Shown here: positions 11,532 through 26,000 of the stretch, piece by piece | Position numbering within the stretch: position 1 is the stretch's first letter | Layout: every line of letters begins with the position of its first letter | DNA from: Chlorokybus atmophyticus | Taxonomy: Eukaryota; Plantae; Mesostigma and Chlorokybus algae | Direction: 5' to 3' | Length of the DNA: 64,000 bases | NCBI GenBank assembly: GCA_009103225.1 | Contig: RHPI01003244.1 | Coordinates: forward strand, 248,001-312,000 | The notes under the pieces: generated by a model | Databases searched by the model: none | What the model was told of the DNA's origin: nothing | What the model saw: only the letters and a program-made list of their open reading frames with translations | Translations under genes and position numbers: made by a program

Positions 11532-13204
11532 CTACTGCACACGAGCTTTCTTGTACGACTGCAGCGCCAGCTTCATTGGCGCCTTCTCAATCAGCTCACG
11601 GCGAGACCCACTGCTGCTCTTGCCCACACCATCAGCAGCAGCAGGATATGCAAAGGGTCCTACCGTTTCGTAGTCTGAGGCGCCTGACCCGGCCAGCACA
11701 CCCTTGCCGTACCACTTGCCGTCCTTGTCTGCGTGCATAATAGCGTTGCCGTCGGCATCATAGCGCAGCCTGATAGTTGAACCAAGAACGCCTCCTGCGG
11801 CGTCCGACAGCTGGATCTCCTCCATAGCGATGTTAAGATGCCCGCTGACCAGCTTGATTATGACTTTGATGAGCTCACCGTAGACAACAACATGTGTACC
11901 CTGCTCACAAGTGCATGTGCTTCAGTGTCAAGTTGTCAGACCCGCAGCAATCACATGAAATTGCAACAGGCTGCAGGGTCACTCACATCCAAAGAGGTGG
12001 TGACGAAGACCTTCTGTCCCAATGAGACGGTTTGGTTGAGTTGCAACTTGCCAGTCAATGCCGGGGAAGAGACATGTACCGGTGAGCCAGAAAAGTCAAC
12101 TGCCGGATCGCTAGAGTTGGCTGTCACCAGCACTTGGGGATTGCTGTCGCCGAAGCGGAAGCTTACAGCCGAGATGACAGTTGCGTGCGGATCCTCAAAC
12201 CAGTCTGCCACAGCTTCACTTGCATTCACAGGCACCTTCCAGAAGCGTGCATTGATCAGCAGCCTGGTGGCCGGGTCATACACTAGGTTGTACCACTTGC
12301 CGTTTCCTTCAGCAATGTCATCGCCCTGAAAGTCATACCGCTGCCCTTGCAAGCCTGCGGTGACAGTTGTTGAACATCAATAAGGTTGCGTCGCTACCAA
12401 TCAAGGCTGCAGGCTGCAACTGCTGCAAGCAATGCGTACCCACAAAATGGGGATCGCCAGTAGAGCTTGGCACTGCCTGGATTGCAACCTGTTCACAGAT
12501 GGCGCTGTTAGTAACAAATCTGCTGACAAGTAGCTGCGGTGGAACTGATTCAGGTGCAGCCGTACCTTCATACCGCCAAAGTCGCAGTGGCCAATGAGAG
12601 GGCAGATGAAGTATGTCACCGTGCCGATGGGTGGTACCGTGAAATAGTAGCTGCACGATAACAGGACATGCAGTGAGCAGACCAGCAGCAGCAGCATGCA
12701 GTGCAAAAACTCTGTTTTACCCAATTTTCTTGCCTGTTGGTGCTGACGTCCGCAACCACATTCGCGTTTTCGTAGTCGCATGCGTCATAGGCCTCCTTTG
12801 TAGCCTCAATGGCAACAGCATGACCTTCGTAGCTGAATACTGCCAAGACGCATCAGTAAGCGCCAGTTTACAACGCTTGTTCACGTTAAGCTTCCTCAGT
12901 TGGCGACTTACTGACAATGTCTCCAGGTGCCAACGCATTGTCCTCTGAAAATGTTGAATAGTCTTGAAAGAAGTCTGCACAAACCCAAAATGCATGACTC
13001 AACGGAACATAGCTGGCGGCAACCAGGGGCAGTCAAAGCTAGAGCCAACAGCACTGCACTGCCTAGAACTGCCCATGATGCATGCAACCACCACTTGACA
13101 TTATTCACTGCTTGCTCACCCCACTGTAGCGGGACGTACTTCGCTGCGCAGGTGGAAGCCAGCGCTAAGCATACCAGTGCCAGCTCAAGCAGTCTCGTCG
13201 CCAT
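11532..13204 (-). CDS. Secreted protein: signal peptide + phytocyanin (blue copper) domain + GDPH-containing Root-cap/VWD-like domain, ~364 aa
   Basis: Exons 13204-13120, 12944-12912, 12839-12734, 12650-12566, 12488-12440, 12354-11987, 11900-11532 join in frame. N-terminal MATRLLELALVCLALASTCAA; phytocyanin motifs PGDIVIFSYEGHAV, AYDACD, YFICPLIGHCDFGGMK; then GDPHFVGLQGQRYDFQG..YNLVYD..LLINARF..HLN..GGVLGST..DY..GPFA. Confidence 0.8.
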
Positions 13205-16200
13205 GAAGCCTATCCACCTGCGCTATGAAGCTCTCAGCACAGCGGCCCTGAGCTGAAGTTGCCAGCGTGTATCATGACATGACTGTGCGAGCGGCGTTCA
13301 GCTGTGTTGCATAGGAATAAACTGCATGCGCTCATTGGAATTGTTGAATGACTGAAGCATGTTCCAACTATCAAGTCAAAGCACATTATTGGAAGTCAAT
13401 CAAACACGGGCACGGTCATGCTGCACTGGCAAGACAACTGCTGCCAGGGCAAAAACTGGTCAAGCATGTTTAGCGTGCAGCGCTGCACATGCTGGGCCGC
13501 TGCAAGCGTGCACTGCTATCACCCAGAGATTCAGTGCTAACTGACGGCATGCTGAGTGCTAACATATCCAATAGCATGGCAACAGACCGACTGACTGCCT
13601 TCTTTAGCTCTGGTGTGACGCCTTTCAATGGTAGGTAAGATAGGCTCTAGCATGCAAGACAGCAAAGACACATAGACTGTGATTTGCAGTTTATATGTCA
13701 ACCTCAGAAATACGCATTCTAGCGATAAGAGCATGCAGTCACAGCTCACGCAGCAATCCAGCACCACACTCACACGCACTCACCTCTGCAGCCGTCCACT
13801 TCAGGCGCTTGCTAGCTTGGCGGCAGGGTCTGCGCAATGCAAGTGCAGCACACGGAGTGCTTGCAGAAGCAGCATGCAGTAGTGCACTACCTTAGAGAGG
13901 GAATGAAGAAATGCCCGCTGCCTTTGAATTTGCCTCTACCGCTGCCGCCGCCGCCTGTCTAATCAATGCGCCAAGCTGGCCAGCTAGCCAGTAAAAGTTC
14001 AAATTGCCTAAAATGTAATGACTCTCAATGCGCCACATGCTTGCGTGCTTCATCATGTCTTTTCACGGCAAACACATGACATTCCACAACAGCCGACATT
14101 GTCCCGGTCAGGAAGCACAATGTCTGATTGCAACACCCACCAATTCTGGCCACAGGAGGTTGTCTGCACGCCGGTCACAGTCAGAAGCTGCGCCGGTCAG
14201 GTCTGCTGCACGTGCGTCCACTTATGCACTCAGAAAGGTGGATGCCACCGAATCGGCGCGGGGACGAGGTGGCCAGTTTGAAATGGCAATCTCTCAACTT
14301 CGCCTGTTGCTTGTGGACGACGACACGTTGTGATCCTGATCGCTGGTTCACGCGTGACTTCTCCCCGAATATCGCAATATCGCAAATGCCAAAGTCGATG
14401 CATTGCACCCCAAGCGTACCAATCCACATTGACATGTGCGCTCTGATCCAGTCTTTAAAGCGTGTGTTGCAGTTATGAGAGCATTGAAGGAGAAACACAC
14501 GCGAGCCCATGCACAAACACTCATGTAAAGAGAATTGAAGACAACACATGTCAATTTATGTACAAGTTGCCTTACTGCAGCGTATGCAAGTTTACAAGGT
14601 ATATAGATGACTTGTTTGTAGTGGCTCTGCCAACGGCTTAAGTTTGCATTGTGCATGTTTCTTAACCAACATGCTGTGGGTGGTATTTGCTCAAGAGATG
14701 CTTCTGTTGTCACAATCAGCACAAGGCGTGAGCATTCCATATTGTTTACAACCCTGTCATTATATGGGCCTTCTCGTCAATAGCTTAATTGAAGCAATTG
14801 ATGTTGCAATTTATGCAGTTCTCACGCACTTGCATGAACAATTTGAATGAGATGGTGCAGTTGTTGCAAGATGGGTATGCCATTATAGCATTAATGTTGT
14901 AGACGTGATGTGACCACAACGCTTGCTAAGCTGCAGTGCGAGATGTTTAAAAGGTTGGATGTATGGAGGGGACCATCGCATAGTATATGTTCTAATGACG
15001 AGCAGGTGTACGATCATAGCGGGTAAATAATCATCAGGTAAAAGCGATTGCTGATGCTGTGGGGAGCATTGTTACTGTCAGCACGTATTGCACATATGCA
15101 TATGTGTAGCAAAGTTCAATCAAATTGATTTTAGTTGCTTAAACCAATTAAGGGCAAACACGATGCCTATCGCTTGGCTAGCGATTGGCAACTGTTTTGT
15201 TGCTGACTCACATCTTATGATTGCGCAAATGTTGAACAGAGGTGCTAAAATGCATGTGCAGAGTTGTTTTGATGCGTCACTTTTCGCCTTAAGACGGCCA
15301 CTACAAGATCTTCTCAACATGGCGACAATGGCCGACAAGCGCCTCATTTGCACAGCACAACTAGTGATGTGCAAGTATGGCATAGCACAACCGCCCCGCC
15401 CCGCACCGCCCCGCCCTGCCCCACCCTGCTCTTCTCTTATGCTCTCCCCGTCTTGCCTACTTCAGCAATCTTAAACTTAACGTGCTTTAGGCCTTTATGC
15501 TATAGGTCGGTTGGTTGCCAACTTTGCCACCGCCTCGAGCAGGTAAGGCGGCTTTCCTGCGCTCTGGCTATGCCTTGCCCGCCTTACATTGCACGTAGCT
15601 GCATGCACATGGTCCAGCTGCCCTTGCGTAGATATCTGTCAACCCTTGAACTGCTTGTTTATTGGTGTAGCTTTGTGTTGCGTGTGCATTCTTTGCATCC
15701 GTCTCGTTAAACTGCTTGTATACATAAACCTCACATGAAGATACAAAGCCGGTTGGGGACATATAAGCATCACATTGTTGAAGATGATTGAATTACGATA
15801 TGCTGATATCGATTCCGATTTTTAATGATACCACTGCCGTGCTTAATTGGCCGCCCCGCGTGTTTTCCCTCATTTTCCCACTCAACACTGCAAAAAAGAA
15901 TTGCATGCCGCAGGAAGTTATGTCAATATCTTTTAATCAACCTTCATTTGTTCCTAGACATTACACAAAGTTGATGACTCATTGCAGAAACCAACTTTCT
16001 AATAAGCTCACTTTCGGAGTAACAAGAACACCAAAATGGAAAAACGACCTTATTGGGTGTTTTATTTCACAAGGCCCTTGTGGCCTAAGCGACATGGCAT
16101 GTGCAAATAAAACTTATAATAATTGAAGAGGTCAATCCGAAAATGTCGCATAGGCTGTTACAATTCATATTTTAACGAAAATAATTATAAAGCATTTGAC

Positions 16201-17029
16201 GACTGTGATTGTCATGCACTTGAACTAGGCCTCTGGTGTAATAAAGTTTGCCCTTGTTTTCTTGTTGCCTTGCTAAATGTATGCGTGGGTGTGCATGACT
16301 GTGCATTACCTACCTGATTCTATACCATATGCAGTAGTCAGATCTGCACATGGTAATTAAATCTTGCAAGTCTAAGCCCTTCGAGTCAAAGAAACTTTTA
16401 CATCCATTTCTGTAAGCGATATACCAGTATAGTATAGGTACGTATACATCGCATTCATTCATGCACACACGTGCTCGAACACATACAGTGTACACAATAG
16501 TTAGGCAGGCATAGGCAGGCGACACCACCATTTATCATACCCGGGGCCTTCACCTACACCTAATGATACTACGTGCTTCTATGTGCAATGCAAGTGCGAG
16601 GTAGTACGCAGCACTATCAGCAGGCACCCAACATAGTCACAAAGTGGAATTTGAGGATCATAGGCAGCGAGCAGAGGGTTAGACCTTGGTCCAGTAGCAA
16701 ATATAGGGCAAGCAGTGTGCGGTGATGTGCTGTGCTCTATGGGGTTATGCCCCGGACCCTCCACCACCCTTGCCAATTTGACACATGCACATTCTCTCTG
16801 GCTGCCAAGTAACAGAGCCTGCGGCAGACCACCAGCAATTTCTTAAGGGTCACTATCTTTGCAACACACATGCAGTCAATACTACCCTAAAACACTTCAA
16901 CCCGACTCATAGACCTCTGTGCAGACAACCATTGCATAACCTCAGCTGCTACCGATGGATAAATCCTATGCACCACTATTTTTACCCGTCTCTCCCCTCG
17001 TCTACGCTTATCTCAATCTCACCTACACG

Positions 17030-20000
17030 TTACATGTTCTCCTTATCATTGTCGATGCCATCCAGCGCTGGTTTGCCCAGCAGTCTGCGCCGGCCATCCG
17101 CATTGCGAGTCACCTTCGGTGGGAGAATGTGACCAGTCTGCGCTGCAGCTGCTTCCTCCCTTTCAGCAACACTTTGTCTCTTAGATGATGATGGTCCCTT
17201 GGGCAAGGCTGCTCTGTTTACAGACGCGGCTTTCAGTGGTGATGTTGTATTTGCTCCTTGCGCACTTGCGTTTGCAGCAGCAGTCTTGTTTGTCATCTCC
17301 GTTAGCTTCAACTCAAGCTCCTGCACCTGTAATGGTAATTGGTAGTTAAAAGTGAGAGTGACGATCATGTGCATCATGTGCACGTTGATGGCGAGCTGCT
17401 CACCTTTTGGGTGAGCAGCTGTCTCTTGCCATTGGAGAAATGCAGCTCAAACTCCAAAGTGTGGAGCTGCTGGTGCTTGTGAAAGCTGTCCAAAAACCCA
17501 CCGGCTTCCACTTGGCGCTTCAGTGCTCGAAAGACCTCCTCTTGCCTCAGAAGCTGCCAAACAGCATTAACATTTGCTGCTTTGCTGCAACAGCAGTAAG
17601 ATACATTCGCAAACCAACGTTGTGCATTTTGTCCCTTCACCTGCACTTTGCATGCTTTGAGCTCGGCACGCAAGCTTGCATTGGCCTCTTTCAAAGTGTC
17701 CAGCTCTGTTGCCGTATCCAACAGCTTTGCGCTGATGTTCTGTGAAGCCAGCAACTCATTGTACTTCTGTTTCCACACCTGCAACAAACCACTTTAACAT
17801 GTCTAATCACAAATAAGACACAAGCATGGCAACACCTTTTCACAATGCTCAAGATTCTGACACCACCTTTGCGCGTTCAAGCTGCGCAACAGCCTTCTGC
17901 AGCTTCTGCTCAAGGATCCGGTTCTTGTACTCCACTTCAACCTGCTTCTCTTCATGCATAGCATTCTGTCATGTAAGATACGCGTGTCAGCCATGTTAGC
18001 TGCTATGTTGATTTAGAGCAGGTCGTGATGATCATAACATGGAAGCGCATGCATGCCCTTGTACGCATGCATGTGAGCAGGCACGCACGCGCGCGCGCGC
18101 GCGCACACACACACACAGACAGAGTCAAAGATAGTGTCAAACCTGCTCAGCAGCTGCCGTGAGCTCAGCAATCTGCTGTTCATAAGCTGTGCACTTTTCT
18201 CTCCAATCCTCATAGCTTTGACTGCTGTGCTCATGCGCGGTTGTTGTTGCCTCTACCAGCATGGGCCTGTTCAACACGCATATGTGCATGGTTAGTTTCT
18301 CATAGCACGCTATCCAAAGTTGCAAGCGTCACCGCACGCTTACATGACCGCATTGGAGCCCTTTGCTAGCTGCGCTCTCAACGCAGAAACATCTGCCTCC
18401 ATACTCCTGTCACAAACAACGAGCAAAGCTTGACGACGGGCATCTATATTAAACACGATAACAAACAAGTGTTGGGCTCATGGATGAGCTAGAAACCCCC
18501 TACACACCCACCTGAGCTGCTTGTGGCAGTCGACAAGCTGCTGCTTCAGCTCCTGTGATGCAGCTTTCTCTGCATCTAGTGCCTCCTGCAGCTGTGTAGC
18601 ATCCTAAACAACGCAATGCATCTGACTTAGCAATCAGTTTGATTATTGGTGGCATACCACATGCTTCAGCATATGCGTGTGAGCTGAGGCCATGTTGCTC
18701 GCACCCAACGCATCTGTTCTTGCGCTTCTCGTGCTGCATGAGTAGCCTCCGCAAGCCTCACGGACGCGCTACCCATCTCATTTTGAAGGTCACTGCATGC
18801 TCTAGAGTTTGAACACAATCATGAAGAGTCGACAACCAGTGGTCACATGTTGGTACCTGACTTGTTGCTTGTATGCTGCAGCCTCATTGCGCAACGTGGC
18901 AGCGAGCTCTTCCTGACACACTATTTGGTCTCTCCACTTAGCCTCTTCCTGCACAAGAATGCAATTACAACTCATGCACTGAAGGAGCACATGTAAGATC
19001 ACAAACAGTCAACGATGTCCTTGTAAGCTTTGACAAGCCATACCTCTTGCAGCCGGTCCAGTGCTGTCTGGGTTTCATTGGCCCGCACCTGTACAACTGG
19101 CACTGATCAACAAGTCATCACACTACGAGTAACCATCGCAAAGCTGCAGTCTGAGCACTTGCCTCAAGTCGCTGTACCTCCTCACGCCTCTCAGCCTCCT
19201 GCTGCTCCGCTTCCTGCATGCACCACGCACATTACCTATCTGGACCCGTACACTCCCGATGACTTTGGTGCGTCCACGTGCATGCATGACTTGGCACAAA
19301 AGGTGGCTCTCACCTTCAGCTTCTCAGCAAGCTCCACAGCCTTATGCTGGGCTTCCGCTAGCTGTCCTCGCATCTCTTCGCACTGCTGCGCCAGCCGCTT
19401 GCTTTCCTCTTCTGCCGCTTGCAGCGCCTGAAAACATAAACCGAAGAGTCAACTACATCGTTTGCAGAGATCATTACCGTGCGCATTGTTGATAAACCAC
19501 ACACGCATCAGGTCACCACCTTCTGCTGCTCTTGCAACGACTTGCTTACGCCAGCGCGCTGGGCCTCACTGGCCTCCAGTGCTTCCATCTGAGAGGGCCA
19601 GCTCACAATGTCGCACAGCAGAGCCATCATAATGTGGTAGTGTGGATACACACTACCACATGGTGATGAGTCCCAAAACTTGCACAGCAGCTTAGCTGCA
19701 TGCTATCATGAAACAAGCGCGACACAATCGACACACAATTAACCGAGCAACTAGTCACACTCAGCGTGTACAGCTTCACATTGTAATCTCCAAAACCACT
19801 TCTTACCAACGCTGCTTGCTTTGCGTGTTGCGTGCGCACCACACTCTGATACTCCATGAGTTCCCTCTGCAGTACGTCGTGTCGCCCGCATGCGGCGTTG
19901 CGTTCTGCCCGGGCCGCGACGACCTCCGTCTGCAGCTCGTGCTCACGGGCGGTGCGGCTCTCGTTCGCCGCGGCCAGTGCATTGAGAGCCTCGCGGAGAC

Positions 20001-23000
20001 GGGCCTCAATGTCCGCACGCCGCGCGGACTCGGCGTCGCGCTCGCAGGAACGGAGGGAGTGGGACTCCTCGAGGGCGATGTGGGCCTCAGTCAACTGATC
20101 CACCACCTACACACGTGGGTGTACAACGCAACATATCACACATGTGCACGTGCAACACAACACCATGTGACCTCTTCGTACCTGTGCAGACTCTGCCTTC
20201 AGCTTTGCTTCAACAGCAGCGTGTTCTTCTTGTTCCCGCCGGTACTTGGCCTCTTTATCGGTGGCATCCGCGGTGGCGAGCGCCAGCTGCTTGTGTAGTG
20301 TTGATAGTTCCGCACGCTTTGATGACAGCTCGGCCTCGCTGGCAGCAAGTTCGGCTCTGAGACTCTCCACCTGCGCAGAGTGTCACTCACGTATTTATGC
20401 TGATGTGCAACGGAACGGAAGTGCTTCACATTATGTGCGGACATTCCAATCACTACCTCGCGCTGAATCTCAAGGGCATGCTCACGCGAGGTCGACAGAT
20501 CCGCTTCAAGGGCCTCGCGTTGACTCTTCTCAATCTGCACATCAAACTGCGCCTTCTCCAGATCAGTCAGAGCAGTATTGAGCCTCTGCTCCAGCGCTCC
20601 AACCTGTTACCACACCACACCACAACATTGACATCAAGTTGTTGTTGGGTACACATAGACATAGTGCCGCGGTCACGCGTAACCAGCCTCACCTGAGTCT
20701 TGTTCTTGTTCATGGCCTGCTGGACGCTCTCTCGCCGCTTGTCGATGACGGACTCGCGCCGGATGACCTCCTTGGACAGCTGGGTGGACTGCCCTTGGGC
20801 GCGCCTCACCTCGCGCTCGAGGTTGGCCTTCTCCGCCAGGGCCTTGTTCTTGTCCTGCACCGCCGCACGCGCGCGGTTCTCCGTCTCACTAAGCTTCGCT
20901 CTCACCTTGCAGAAGGACGCGCAGTGTTCAGAATTCTTTTACGGGTCATTGAGTACTAAGGCTTGGACCTTTCATCCTTACCTTGTCGAGTTCCTTGTTC
21001 AGGTCAGCCACTTCGCGCGTAAGACGGCCGGGAGCGGCTTGGGAGGAGTGGAGTTCCTTGCGAGCCAATGCAAGGGCCGATGCAGCAGACGCCTGGTTGC
21101 AATGCTTGTATGTGTGTGTGTGCATGCATGAGTGCGTGTGTTTGTATGCGCATGGGCGTGTCTGCGCGTGCGTGCGTGCGTGCGTGCGCGTGTGCATGCG
21201 CCTTTGCCAGTGCGAGTGCGTGCACAATGCACACTCTGTCGCTGACATGGACTCAAAGGCATGTGTGACGCACTTTTGGAAAAAGTCACTCCGCGCACCT
21301 TGGCTTCCTCTGCCTCGGAGAAATTGGCTTCCAAGCGTTCTAGCTCGCTGGTCATCTCTCTGCAGCGCTCGTCGCGCTCACGCACTTCTGCTTCCAGCAA
21401 GCAGACACGCTGTTCTTCGGTCGTCACGCTCGCCTCTGCTTTGGCTAGCAGCTCGCTTGCTGTGGCTAACTGCTGCGCCTGCTCAATGAGTCCAATTGAG
21501 ACAACAGAGCAGAACAACTACATAGCCACCCACACGCCAAACCTGTTCTTGAAGGAGTTGCTCGTGTCTGTCTGCCCTGGCTTGAACTTGCTCCAACTCT
21601 GCACGTGTGCTAGCGAGCACATTGTTGTGGTCACATATTTCGCTCTGCTTCTCAGCCATGGCTCGCTCCTATGACGGCAGTCCATGCTTGTCAGTCCACG
21701 CAATGCAGCAGAAGCAAGCAGTAACAGTAGCGCAACGCAGTCGTACTGCGAATTGGAGTGCAGACTCCAGCTTGGTGATCGCAGCTTCTTGCTCCGCTGT
21801 CTTGCTTGCAGCAGTCTCCAGAGCCTCTTTGAGCACGGCCTCCACTTGTTGCAGCCGGTCAACAGCTTCCAAGCTCTGCTTGTCAAGCGCACTGAGCTCC
21901 ACCTGCAGTGACCATCCCATGAGTATGATCGAGAGGCATGTTGGCCTTGGTGACAATGTGAGGGGTTATTACCTGCACAGCTTGCACCGCATCCTGGCAC
22001 GCTGCATTGCGCAGCTCCGACTCAGCAGCCAAGGCTGACAACGCAGCTTCACTCTTGCACAGCGCATCTGCCATCGACTCATACCCCTCTTGCAGCTGCA
22101 AAGTGCATTACAGCGTGCAGAACTCAGTGACAGCAAACATGTTGTGAGTGTTGTCACAGCGTAGCGCATTCTTGTTCCTTACCTGGTCAATTCTATTTAG
22201 AATCACTGGAACCTCTGCGCTCTGAGCTTGAGCCGCTTCCAGCTTGCCAGTCAGCTCTGCAATGGCTGCCTCATAGGCCGCTCGAGTCTCGCCCGGCGCC
22301 TCGCTCTCTGAAACCAACTTGCTTTCCAAGGTTGCATATTCCTCTCTCACCTGCCGGATACGTGTCAATGCGCATTCTGGACCACATTGCAGGAGTAGTG
22401 CTCACACCATGCGCTAATCAGATATCATCCCGTGTCACCTGCTGCAGTTGTGCCATAATGACAGGAATGTCAGCCACTCGTTCTTCAGCCTTTGCCAGTT
22501 TATCCTCCAACGCTTTCAAAGCAACCTCATACTCTTCACACCGCTGATTGGCCCGAGCATTCTGCTCATGAGCCTGCAAAACAGCATGGTTGTGTTCACG
22601 CAAGCACAGTCACAAGTTGCAACAGCACGCATGCACAGTCACACGCACATGCACACATATCGAACCACACACACGCATGGACGCACGCCTGCACGCACCA
22701 GTATACATGTAGCTGCACGCACGGTCACATGCACGCATGCATACCATGTGTACACGCACACAGGCACGTGTAACATCACCAGTGACTCTCACCTTAGCTA
22801 GTTCATCGTTCAAGGCCTGCGCAGCAGCTTCTCCCTCAGCCAGAATGCGTACAATGGTATCTGCAGCAGCAGCGGCAGCGGCTTCCGATTCGCCCTTTTG
22901 CACCATTATGGCCTGGTCCATCTCCAACACCCTTCGCTGAAGGCATGTGATTGCACTCGCAGCTTCAGCCTCCTTCTCATCAGCGGCAGCAAGAGCTTCT

Positions 23001-26000
23001 TGAAGGATTGCCAACTCACGGTCCTGCCGGTTTGTCATTGCTTGACAATCGATTCTGTTGCTGCAAAAGTGTGAAGGCAGTTGAGGTACTTACCTCTGCA
23101 GCGCCTTTGCTCGAGTGCTCGCTTTTGGCATGCGAGGAGACTTCACCAAAAGCCACAGTCTCCGCTGATCCAGGCTGCAACACACACGCCAGTCGTACAT
23201 TAACACAAGTGTCTACATTAATGGAATGCCGGCTGGACAGACCTGTGTTTTAGCTGGCTCGCCCTTGATGGCCTTGGGCGTGAAGAAGAGAGCTTCCACT
23301 CCCGGGAGCTCCTCAGTAAGCTCGTCCTCGTCCTTGCCTCCAGTCCTCTGGCCAGAACTCTGGGCAGGACTCCTGCTGTTGAGCTGTGTGAGGGCAACAG
23401 CGAGCTCCTCGCGAAGCTGCTGTATCTCCTGATCAAGAAGTGCTTCATCTCGCGGCTGTGGCCGAGACTCCTCCTGCTCCGCTTCATAATGCACACCGAC
23501 GTCCTCGGCAAGCGTGCTCGGAAAGGGTGCAGCAGCAACAGCAGCAGTAGCAGCAGCAGCTTCAAGGTGGCCAACTCGCTGCTGCAAGGCGTCTTTGGCA
23601 GCCTTGTCATCAGCAATGCAAGCACGCGCATCAGCCAGCTGAGCTGTGAGTGATTCCACCTCTGCCTGCGAAGCACCGATGTTGTTTGGCATTGCCCATA
23701 TGCACCAAGGCATGAAGAAAGATACCTTGAAGGTGTGTTGATCTTGCAGCTGAGACTTCAGCATCAACACCTCAACATTGCGCTCATCTAGAGCTGCTTG
23801 CAAGGCTGTGAACCGTCCCGGCATTTCAGCAGATGCATCAGCAGTCAAATGCGTCTGTGCCTGAGACTCCTCCAGTTGTCTCTGCAACTGCTCAACGGAG
23901 GTATCACTACACAATGATACATGGAGCTTATCAACACTCTCCAACTACACACACCTCAGCTATGCGCGTCTTTGCAGCCTGGCTGATGTCCACCAGCTCT
24001 CGTTCCATGTATGCTCTTTCCATCTGCAGCTGCTCGATCTGCCTCAGAACATCTTCAGATTTACCCGGCTTGGTCTGCGCCGCCAGCTGGCTCTCCAGCT
24101 CCGCGCATCGAGCCTTCCAGGTTTCAAGCTCTTTCAGCACCTGCAGGACAACATGAGCACGACATGCGTGCCATAATGTGTGTACTCGAGGATGGTTACC
24201 TCTGCACTAGCAGAATCATCATTAACACAAACAGGCGTCACTTGAGCCGCAGGTGTTGAGAATGGCCCCGAGCACTTGCGCTTGTGTGTCTCATGCACTT
24301 CTTCTTCATACAAACAAGGAGTCAGTACAGTGCGTACCACTTCACAGCAATGCTAGTGTATAAGCAAATAAGCCAGAGTGGTATGGATGCACCTTCAGGA
24401 ACTTCTAAGAAGGGCCGCTTGACACTCGACTGGCGTGGCGTGAAGGTTGCTTGACCTGCAGGTTCCTCGCTGATGATCAGTGGCGCAGTGTCCTCGCTTT
24501 CCAGAATGTTTACCGGCAGCTCTGCAAGCTTTGGCCGCTTAACATCCTGTTGACAAGCCAATGTGTTGAACATTACAGCTATTGCAGCAAGCATACATAC
24601 ATGTAGGCTCTTCGCTAGGTGACTTACAGGCAGCTGATGGGACGAAGATGCTGGCAATCTTGGTGCAAAAGTCGTGTGCCTGCGGTTGCCACCCTGCGAA
24701 ACCAACACGTACGTAAGTCACAATGTTGGCCCCAATATGTGCTTGAGTTGGGATTCTGCGTGGTCAACCTTGGTCCAGTTCTCTTGCAGGTTGGCCTCGT
24801 CCTGGTGTTTGGCGAGGACCAGCTTGGTGAGGCTGTCGATTTTGGCCCGGTGCTGCGCTTCAACTGCCGTGCGCTCAGCCAGCTGCAGTTCCAACAGCAC
24901 GTTGTCCTGCTCCATCTAAAACACACAACAGCATATCACACAACATACACAATAGGCGCAACATTGGCTTAATGTCGTTGATACAACATCCACACGTACT
25001 CTGAGCATCTCCTGCCGCAGCCGGTTGACTTCGAGCTCGACTTCAGAAGAGTTGGCCGCCTGTAATGCGCATGCAATCCAAGGCAAGTTGCGTCAAAGGA
25101 AGGGACCTCAGAAATTTTGTCATGTGGCATGTGCAGCATTGCCACAGCACGCACCTGAAGCTTACGCCGCAGCTCCGCAATCTCCTTTTTTTGGCGTTGC
25201 AGGAGAGCTTGATCGGTCAACACCTGCATACGTATTTGTAAGCCACCAATAGCTACAAAGTCACTACGTGGATGACACTTGGGTGTTGTGCACAGACCTC
25301 GTTGACTTGTGCATTGTTGGTCACGCGTTTAGCTCGTTCTGCAAACAACAGCGTGCTTCGAGTCTCCTCCATGTTGGCCTACACAGATGAATGCAACCAC
25401 CAACATCAACCTTTGTATAAATTATAACAGTACTCCATGCATTGGTTAAACACAACGACAAAGACACATGCAGACAGTACCGTTGCTGGTGAGATGCAGC
25501 AGATGATGGCCGTCATGGAGTTGCCCCCGAGCGCAGACTGCAATATCCGCGTCAACTTGCTGTCTCGGAAGTTGATGTGGCCTCTGCATGAACAAACCCG
25601 ATCAGGCTGTGGTTAGGTGACACCAACAACAGTAACATCTGCATCGTGTTCGCATTGAGTTAATCTTCAAACTCACCCTCTTGCATCTACACCCTCGCTG
25701 AGCTTCTTGATCACCTGCCCCAGGTACATGAGACTTTTATTGATGTGCGCACCCTCTTTCATCCGCACGCCATCTGCACCGGTCTTGGCAGCTCTTTCAG
25801 ACCCAGCCAAGTCCACCAGGTTCTGTTTGAACAACATCAGTGTTAGTGTTAGTTCACATCCCACAGATAGTCTTCACAGATACTAGAAAAAAAGGCTCAC
25901 CAGCGTGGATACACGCACGGCGTCAACGCCGTTCTGCTCAATGCTTGCAGCGTCTTCATCAGCAGCACGCTCACGGCTTTCAATCACCTGCACAGTGCAC

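Noticed and set aside
14286-14333. MAISQLRLLLVDDDTL*, resembling the first strand of a response-regulator receiver domain
   Set aside because: Stops immediately, with no splice donor or downstream receiver motifs; at best a tiny relic, may be chance.
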